Below, in pieces: positions 24,515-30,221 of a stretch of 30,221 bases of DNA (positions within the stretch are counted from its first letter, which is position 1; the number at the start of each line of letters is the position of its first letter). The stretch lies in contig JBBRPR010000087.1 of assembly GCA_038227875.1 (NCBI GenBank), forward strand, positions 1-30,221. Reading direction: 5' to 3'. Under the pieces are notes generated by a model. That model was not told the origin of the DNA. It searched no databases and worked only from the letters and a program-made list of their open reading frames with translations. Position numbers and translations under genes: made by a program. Source of the DNA: Planctomycetota bacterium. GTDB lineage: Bacteria; Planctomycetota; SZUA-567; H5-PLA8.

Positions 24515-25447
24515 TCACGATTCGGTGCTGTTGACCAATCGCTGGATGCCGTCGGCAAAACGCACCTGCGGCTGATAACCAAGCAATTCGCGCGCGCGGG
24601 TAATATCCGCCTGCGAATGCAGGGCATCTCCACTACGCGCGGGACCGTAGGTGGGTTCGATGGAAGTTCCGAGCGCCGCGTTGAGCGCGGCCACCAGGTC
24701 CTTGATGGTGATGCGCTCACCGCAGCCGACGTTGCAGACGCGCCCCTTGAGCGGCCCGGACGCTTTCATCGCCAGCAGATTGGCGTGAACGACATTGTCG
24801 ACGAAGGTGAAGTCGCGGCTGTGCTCGCCGTCGCCATTGATGTGCGGCGCTTCACCTTTTCGCATGCGCGAGAGAAAGACGGAGATCACCGCCGAATACG
24901 GACTGTTCGGATCCTGGCGCGGGCCGAACACATTGAAGTAGCGAAACGCAATGGCGTCGATGCCGCGGCAATGCGCGTACGCCGCAATGTAATTTTCGCA
25001 CCCCACTTTGCTCGCCGCATACGGGCTCAGCGGCGCGGGCGTCATCGTCTCCACTTTCGGCAGGCCGGTTGTGCCGCCGTACGCACTGGAGGAACTCGAG
25101 AACATCACGCGCTTGATGCCGAATTGCGCGCACGCTTCCAGCAGCGTCAATGTCGCGACTTCGCCGGAACGCTGCGTCGCCAGCGGATCCTTCAGCGAGC
25201 GCGGTACGCTGGGCAGCGCCGCCTGGTGGAAAACGAACTCGATGTCGCGGCACGATTCACGAGCTACTGCTGCTTCGGCCAGATCACCTTTAATAAACTG
25301 TGCGCGGCCGTTTAAGCGGTCGATATTGCGCTGAAATCCCGTTGAGAGATTGTCGACGATGCGGACGGAGTGCCCTTCATCCAGCAGCGCATCGACCAGA
25401 TGCGAGCCAATGAATCCCGCGCCACCCGTAACCAGAACCGTGCTCAT
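24515..25447 (-). CDS. NAD-dependent epimerase/dehydratase (WbpP-like UDP-GlcNAc 4-epimerase family)
   Basis: VLVTGGAGFIGSH; HQAALPSVPRS; SPYAASK; RYFNVFGPRQDP; RDFTFVDNVV; GGAGAGG RBS. Confidence 0.92.
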   Translation of the reverse strand: MSTVLVTGGAGFIGSHLVDALLDEGHSVRIVDNLSTGFQRNIDRLNGRAQFIKGDLAEAAVARESCRDIEFVFHQAALPSVPRSLKDPLATQRSGEVATLTLLEACAQFGIKRVMFSSSSSAYGGTTGLPKVETMTPAPLSPYAASKVGCENYIAAYAHCRGIDAIAFRYFNVFGPRQDPNSPYSAVISVFLSRMRKGEAPHINGDGEHSRDFTFVDNVVHANLLAMKASGPLKGRVCNVGCGERITIKDLVAALNAALGTSIEPTYGPARSGDALHSQADITRARELLGYQPQVRFADGIQRLVNSTES

Positions 25448-25529
25448 GGCCTCTCCCGTTTGCGCAAAGCAGATCCGCGCACTCAAATCGCCCCTCTAAT
25501 ATAACGCGGAATCGCGCCCGGCGCTCTGA

Positions 25530-25557
25530 CGTTCATCAATCATCCATCATCGTTCAT
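25530..25557. repeat. Four degenerate heptamer repeats in a divergent intergenic region
   Basis: CGTTCAT CAATCAT CCATCAT CGTTCAT. Confidence 0.55.
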
Positions 25558-25684
25558 CGCGTGTCGTTTGTCCGTTCCGCTTGACCCCACAAACACACTT
25601 GGCAAACTTTTTCCTATCCACGTTTTAACAAATCGTGTACGAACTAGCGTGGATACACACGAACTCTGGATGGAGAACACACAA

Positions 25685-26140
25685 ATGGCCATTAAGGTTG
25701 GCGATGTTGCGCCCGATTTCACACTTAAGGATCAGGACAAAAAGGAATTCAAGCTCTCCGAACAGAAGGGCAAGAACGTCGTCCTGCTCTGGTATCCGCT
25801 CGACTGGAGCCCCACCTGCGAAAAAGAAAACTGCACGATCAGCAACGACAAGAGCCTCTACGGCGCCAACCGCGTGGTCGTCGGCATCAGCCGCGACAGC
25901 GAATGGAGCCACAAGGCGTTCAAGTCGGAACGCAAGATCGGCCACGACCTGCTCGCCGACATGGACCTGAAAGTCACGGCGCAGTATGGCCTCGTTCATC
26001 CGAAAGTTCCCGTGATCAGCGAACGCGCCACGGTGATCGTCGACAAGACCGGCAAGGTTGCCTTCGTCCAGGTCCAGTCGAACACGCCGGAAGCCCGCGA
26101 CATGCATGCGGTACAGGACGCATTGAAGAAACTCGACTAA
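25685..26140 (+). CDS. Peroxiredoxin, AhpC/TSA family (AhpE/BCP-like)
   Basis: VGDVAPDFTLKDQ; PxxxSxxC motif YPLDWSPTC; VVGISRDS; ERATVIVDKTGKV; GGAGA RBS before ATG 25685. Confidence 0.9.
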   Translation: MAIKVGDVAPDFTLKDQDKKEFKLSEQKGKNVVLLWYPLDWSPTCEKENCTISNDKSLYGANRVVVGISRDSEWSHKAFKSERKIGHDLLADMDLKVTAQYGLVHPKVPVISERATVIVDKTGKVAFVQVQSNTPEARDMHAVQDALKKLD

Positions 26141-26149
26141 AGGCCCGAC

Positions 26150-26182
26150 GGCGGCAGGAAGCGTTTCCTGCCGCCTCTATTT
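26150..26182 (+). terminator. Probable intrinsic terminator or stem-loop after the peroxiredoxin gene
   Basis: Perfect 11-bp stem GGCGGCAGGAA-GCGT-TTCCTGCCGCC followed by TCTATTT. Confidence 0.55.
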
Positions 26183-26204
26183 CCCGCGGAAAAAAATCGT
26201 CTTC

Positions 26205-27629
26205 ATGAAGAACTTCAGCGTACACCAATTCGACAACGGCCTGACGACAGTCATTGAGTTCATGCCGCAGGCGGTGTCGACGGCGGTGGGGTTTTTCGTC
26301 AAGACCGGCGCGCGCAATGAAGACGCCAAACTCGACGGCGTCTCCCATTTTCTCGAACACATGATGTTCAAGGGCACGCAGAAGCGCGGCTGGCAGGAGA
26401 TCAACCGCGAATTCGACCAGATGGGCGCGCGCTACAACGCCTTCACCAGCTGGGAAGAAACCTGCTACTACGCCTGGGTGCTCAACGAAGAAGTCCCGCA
26501 CGCGCTGGAACTGCTCAGCGACATGCTCGCCTCGAAACTCCCCGAAGACGAATTCACCACCGAGAAGAAAGTCATTCTCGAAGAGATCGCCCGCTACCAG
26601 GACATGCCCGACCACGTCGTCTTCGAGGAAGCGATGCGGCTGGCGTTCGCGGGACACCGCCTGAGCAGCAATATTCTCGGCACGCCCAAGTCGATCGGCG
26701 CGCTGACGCGCGATCAGATGCACGGCTACTTCAACGCGCGTTACGTGCCGTCGAATATCGTGCTCTTCGCCTGCGGCAACGTCGACGAACAGAAATTCAT
26801 GGGGCAGGTCGAGGAACTCTGGGGCGGCCGCACCGGTCCGCGGGCCGGCAGTCTCACACCGACACCGGGTTTTCATCCGGGCAAAAAGATCATCGAACGC
26901 AAGGACGTTGCGCGCGAACACATCGTCATCATGTGGCCGAGTCTGCCGCTCAGCGACCGCCGCAGCGTGGCCGCGTCGCTGCTCGGCGCCGTGCTCGGCG
27001 ACGATCGCAACTCGCGCCTCTACTGGTCGCTGCGCCACACCGGCCTGGCAGAGGAAGCTGGCGGCGGGTACTGGGGTTTCAGCGACACAGGCTTGATGGC
27101 CGTGAGCGCTTCGTGCGATCCGGCGAAGGCGGGTCAGGTAACCGCGCTGCTGCGCAAAGAGTCCGCGCGATTGAAAGACGGAATCAAGGCCGACGAGTTG
27201 CAGCGCGCAAAAAACCGCGCGCGGACGTCGCTGGTCTTCAGCGCGGAGACGCCGTTCGACCGTTTCCGCCAGTTGATGCATCAGTGGGCGGTGCGGCGCG
27301 AATTGCTCACCACTGAAGAAATGCTCGCACGTGTAGATGAAGTTTCTGTGAAAGACCTGTATACTCTTCTGGAAGAATTCCCACTGAATACGGAAGGCGT
27401 GATGACCGGGCTTGGGCCCGTGGCAAATAGTGCTGCTGTAACAGGGCGGTCACAGCCGATAATAAAAACGAAAGCTTCAACCAGCGTGTCCGTGAAGGTG
27501 AAGGTGAAGTCGGCAGTAAAACCCACTAAGTCCGCGCAAGCGGCAAAGGAGCGAACCGCGATGGCGAAGAAAGCAAAGAGCAAGGCGAAACCGGCTGCGA
27601 AGAAGAAGGCCGCCAAGAAGAAGAAGTAG
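26205..27629 (+). CDS. M16 (pitrilysin/insulinase) family zinc metallopeptidase with a Lys/Ala-rich C-terminal extension
   Basis: Inverted zincin HFLEHMMFKGT; NAFTSWEET; EKKVILEE; SRLY. Confidence 0.92.
   Translation: MKNFSVHQFDNGLTTVIEFMPQAVSTAVGFFVKTGARNEDAKLDGVSHFLEHMMFKGTQKRGWQEINREFDQMGARYNAFTSWEETCYYAWVLNEEVPHALELLSDMLASKLPEDEFTTEKKVILEEIARYQDMPDHVVFEEAMRLAFAGHRLSSNILGTPKSIGALTRDQMHGYFNARYVPSNIVLFACGNVDEQKFMGQVEELWGGRTGPRAGSLTPTPGFHPGKKIIERKDVAREHIVIMWPSLPLSDRRSVAASLLGAVLGDDRNSRLYWSLRHTGLAEEAGGGYWGFSDTGLMAVSASCDPAKAGQVTALLRKESARLKDGIKADELQRAKNRARTSLVFSAETPFDRFRQLMHQWAVRRELLTTEEMLARVDEVSVKDLYTLLEEFPLNTEGVMTGLGPVANSAAVTGRSQPIIKTKASTSVSVKVKVKSAVKPTKSAQAAKERTAMAKKAKSKAKPAAKKKAAKKKK
27561..27629 (+). 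CDS. Possible nested in-frame 22-aa basic peptide MAKKAKSKAKPAAKKKAAKKKK
   Basis: AAGGAG at 27546-27551, 9 nt before in-frame ATG 27561; shares the peptidase stop codon. Confidence 0.4.
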   Translation: MAKKAKSKAKPAAKKKAAKKKK

Positions 27630-27666
27630 TCGTAGCAGTTCATCCAAAGAATTTCGTACGCCCGGC

Positions 27667-27727
27667 TTGACAACCTCCCCCGGTAGCAAGGTACTCTTCC
27701 TTCGGCTCGCTTGCGAAGGAGAGTAAA
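27667..27727 (+). promoter_or_regulatory. TTGACA element plus a hairpin covering the RBS of the HEAT-repeat gene
   Basis: TTGACA at 27667-27672; TACTCTTCCTTCG (27692-27704) pairs with CGAAGGAGAGTA (27714-27725), which contains the AAGGAG SD. Confidence 0.45.
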
Positions 27728-28270
27728 GTGGTGACGGCGGGACGGACTGGCAAGTTTGTGCTACAGGTCGCCGCGCTCGCCGATAAGGCGACGTGGGCGG
27801 CCGCGTACGATGAATTGGACCGGGCAGGTCCGCTGGCGATGGATGACATCGTTGTGGGTCTGTCACGCCCGGACGGCTCCGATAAAAAGGGCCGTAGGGT
27901 ACGAAAATTCTGCGCGGCGTTGCTGGATCATAACGCCGATGCGCGCAGTCTCGGAGCCCTCGTCGGTGCGCTTCACGACACCGACGCAGGGGTCCGTCGA
28001 CTGGCTGTCCATGCCCTTGGCTGCCAGCGCTGTAAACGCACACCCTTGGATTTCGATGTCGTCGCCCTCCTGATCGACACACTCAACCACGATCCCAGCA
28101 TCAAAGTCCGCCAGGTCGCCGCACACATGCTCGGCAACCAGGCGCTCCCTGACCATGCCGACCCGCGCGCGATCACCGCGCTGACGCATATCGCCGCCAC
28201 GTCGAGCAACCTGAAGTTGCGCTCCAACGCCGTTTGGTCGCTGGCGCAACATCGCGCGCGAATGCGCTGA
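27728..28270 (+). CDS. HEAT-repeat protein with a CxxC motif
   Basis: LHDTDAGVRRLAVHALGCQRCK; DPSIKVRQVAAHMLG; KLRSNAVWSL; AAGGAG RBS before GTG. Confidence 0.75.
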   Translation: MVTAGRTGKFVLQVAALADKATWAAAYDELDRAGPLAMDDIVVGLSRPDGSDKKGRRVRKFCAALLDHNADARSLGALVGALHDTDAGVRRLAVHALGCQRCKRTPLDFDVVALLIDTLNHDPSIKVRQVAAHMLGNQALPDHADPRAITALTHIAATSSNLKLRSNAVWSLAQHRARMR

Positions 28271-28333
28271 CGCTAAGCCCAGTTGTCAGAGATGGACACG
28301 CGCGGGCAGTGAATTCGTCGTTCCGCATTTAAT

Positions 28334-29107
28334 TCATAGCCTGCTTTTCCGATACTGCGCCGGGGGCACGCCGGTGTTCTTGCGGAACTGGCGGGAGAAA
28401 AAATAGACGTCGGCGTAGCCCAGCTTGTCAGCGATCTCCTTGATCGACAAATCCGATTCGCCCAGCAGCTTGCGCGCGGCGGCGGTACGGCATTGCAGCG
28501 CATAAGTGTGCAGCGCCATGCCCGACGCTTCGCGAAAACGCCGACGCAGGGTGCTCAACGCCATGCCCGACTGCGCGGCCAGCCGCGTGTAGTCGAACGC
28601 GGCCTCGGGCTGCGCGGCGAACAATTCCAGAATCCGCTCCAGCCACGGATCGCCCTTGCGTTCCTGCGTTCGCGCTTCGGCTAATTCCAGCAGGATCCGT
28701 TCGAGCTGATTGGTGGCGCGTCGGTGCCCCCAGGAATGAGGGTCGCGGCGCTGGATCAGTTCCAACAGCTCATCGAAGGGCTTGTCGAAACTCCGCCCGC
28801 CAGGCGTGGGCTGCGGCGCTTGCAGCAACAATCCGTCCGCCGCCCACTTTCCCGCCAGCGGACCTTTGAATGCGAGGTAACGGTGTTGCCAGAAATCGCA
28901 ACCCGGCGCCGCGTGCAGCGTGATGCGCGGGCCCGGAAAGTGCGGCCAGAACCAGCGGCCGGACAAACGATGGACCTCCGATCCATAGCTGACTTCCACC
29001 GCGCCGGCCGACATGTACTGCAGCGTGAAGTAGCCATCGAAATGCTTGTCCATCACTGCCATACAGTGCGGATCGCGAGCGCTATGCAGGAAGACGAGGT
29101 CTTGCAT
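28334..29107 (-). CDS. AraC-family transcriptional regulator
   Basis: LAAQSGMALSTLRRRFREASG; LSIKEIADKLGYADVYFFSRQFRKNTGVPPAQYR; start uncertain. Confidence 0.92.
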   Translation of the reverse strand: MQDLVFLHSARDPHCMAVMDKHFDGYFTLQYMSAGAVEVSYGSEVHRLSGRWFWPHFPGPRITLHAAPGCDFWQHRYLAFKGPLAGKWAADGLLLQAPQPTPGGRSFDKPFDELLELIQRRDPHSWGHRRATNQLERILLELAEARTQERKGDPWLERILELFAAQPEAAFDYTRLAAQSGMALSTLRRRFREASGMALHTYALQCRTAAARKLLGESDLSIKEIADKLGYADVYFFSRQFRKNTGVPPAQYRKSRL

Positions 29108-29227
29108 GGTGATCACATAGTACAAAACAACGGTCATCGCGTCCATTTTAATCCAGCGATACGAGCTACGATCTCTTTCCAGTACGCCACACTTCGCCAA
29201 TCACATACTGCAAGGAGAACAGTTAAA

Positions 29228-30004
29228 ATGCAGACCGCCCGAATCAATCCCGACGCCATTGTGACCGCGACGACCTTGACGCCCGAGCAGATCAAGTTTT
29301 ACAACGAGGAAGGCTATCTGCTGATTCGCGGCCTGATTCCCGCCGACGCCGCCGCGTCGCTCAAGCGCGAAGTGCTCGGCATTATGGACCTGATCGGCCT
29401 GCCCATGACCAAGCTCAAGCAGACCGGCGAGTACCTGGAAGGCAGCGATCTCGACGCCTTCGTCAACAACCCCAACCTCAAATCGCTCGCCTCACAATTG
29501 ATGGGCGGCCCGGGCTCGCTCTACCTGCCGTTTACAGCGGTGAAGAGCGGCGGTGGAGGCGGGCGCTTCCACTTCCACCAGGACAACCAGTACACGCGCC
29601 ACGATGGCCCCGCCTGCAACCTCTGGTGCGCGCTCACACCGATGCGCCCTGAAAACGGCTGCCTGCAGATCGTCCCCCGCTCGCACCTTAATGGCACGCT
29701 GACGTCCGTGCAGTCCCCCGACGGCGACGGCCACCGCGCAGTGGAAAACGAGCCGCCGAAATTCGTGAACATCGAAATGGAACCCGGCGACTGCGTCGCG
29801 TTCACACGCCTGACAGTCCACGGTTCCGGCCAGAACGTGACGCCCGAGCCGCGCGTGGCCTACGCCGTCCAATTCCACCGCAACGACTCCCGCTGGCTGG
29901 ACCGCGAAAGCAACGAGTACAAACTCCTGACCGAACACCCGCGCTTTAAAGTCGGCCCGGTGAAGGAAATCACTGTGCCCAAGGGCAAGACGGACGGACA
30001 TTAA
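29228..30004 (+). CDS. Phytanoyl-CoA dioxygenase (PhyH) family Fe(II)/2-oxoglutarate oxygenase
   Basis: FYNEEGYL; HQD (HxD); NGCLQIVPRSH; MEPGD; HGSGQN..PR; AAGGAG RBS before ATG 29228. Confidence 0.92.
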   Translation: MQTARINPDAIVTATTLTPEQIKFYNEEGYLLIRGLIPADAAASLKREVLGIMDLIGLPMTKLKQTGEYLEGSDLDAFVNNPNLKSLASQLMGGPGSLYLPFTAVKSGGGGGRFHFHQDNQYTRHDGPACNLWCALTPMRPENGCLQIVPRSHLNGTLTSVQSPDGDGHRAVENEPPKFVNIEMEPGDCVAFTRLTVHGSGQNVTPEPRVAYAVQFHRNDSRWLDRESNEYKLLTEHPRFKVGPVKEITVPKGKTDGH

Positions 30005-30060
30005 CGGAAAGGACTGAGGGCTGAGGTTACCGCGCGTCGCTTCGCTCTCTAAGTCGGACA

Positions 30061-30096
30061 AACAAAAACTCCCCGCGTAAGCGGGGAGTTTTTGTT
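30061..30096. terminator. Bidirectional rho-independent terminator
   Basis: Perfect AACAAAAACTCCCCGC-GTAA-GCGGGGAGTTTTTGTT with A- and T-rich flanks. Confidence 0.88.
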
Positions 30097-30214
30097 CCTC
30101 AGTCCTCAGTCCTCAGTCCTCAGTCCTCAGTCCTCAGTCCTCAGTCCTCAGTCCTCAGTCCTCAGTCCTCAGTCCTCAGTCCTCAGTCCTCAGTCCTCAG
30201 TCCTCAGTCCTCAG
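30096..30214. repeat. Perfect tandem heptamer array (TCCTCAG) x17
   Basis: Direct count of 17 units plus a partial copy; two inverted copies GGACTGAGGGCTGAGG at 30011-30026. Confidence 0.95.
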
Positions 30215-30221
30215 TCCTGTC

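Noticed and set aside
25568..25684. N-terminal extension or selenocysteine recoding of the peroxiredoxin
   Set aside because: RBS supports ATG 25685; the peroxidatic residue is an ordinary TGC Cys with no in-frame TGA
28724..29227. 426-aa version of the PhyH ORF
   Set aside because: The extension overlaps the antisense AraC gene; strong AAGGAG RBS supports ATG 29228
30096..30221. Terminal array as a CRISPR array or telomere
   Set aside because: 7-bp units with no spacers and no cas genes; bacterial context, inverted copies upstream and a non-repeat end (TGTC) favour an intergenic simple repeat

Overview
GC-rich bacterial chromosomal segment, most consistent with Planctomycetota/PVC (inferred from the prepilin-type gene expansion, the F/L-x-L/I-R-T-L membrane-anchor motifs, intergenic heptamer repeats and a tRNA with no encoded CCA). 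The left part is a minus-strand operon of seven prepilin/pseudopilin-type genes (G-G-G-H-I-J-G-like; no ATPase, platform, secretin or prepilin peptidase in the window) followed by a Pro-rich membrane protein. The H-like pilin carries an inserted ConA/lectin-like beta-sandwich. Diverging from this operon is a putative carbohydrate-related block: a CBM9/DOMON-like plus transglutaminase-like fusion, a GntR-HTH/LacI-sensor regulator and a large secreted PL26/YetA-like protein. The rest holds a SAM methyltransferase, tRNA-Leu(TAG), an Ig-like surface protein, a 1318-aa multidomain exported protein with an apparently inactive clan-CD/TIGR03790-like core, a membrane-anchored WD40 protein, a WbpP/WbpA-like pair, a peroxiredoxin, an M16 peptidase whose tail contains a 22-aa Lys/Ala peptide with its own RBS, a HEAT-repeat protein, a divergent AraC/PhyH pair, and a terminal (TCCTCAG)17 array. 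No integrase, transposase, CRISPR array or rRNA was seen. All family calls come from motifs recognised by eye, not from database searches.
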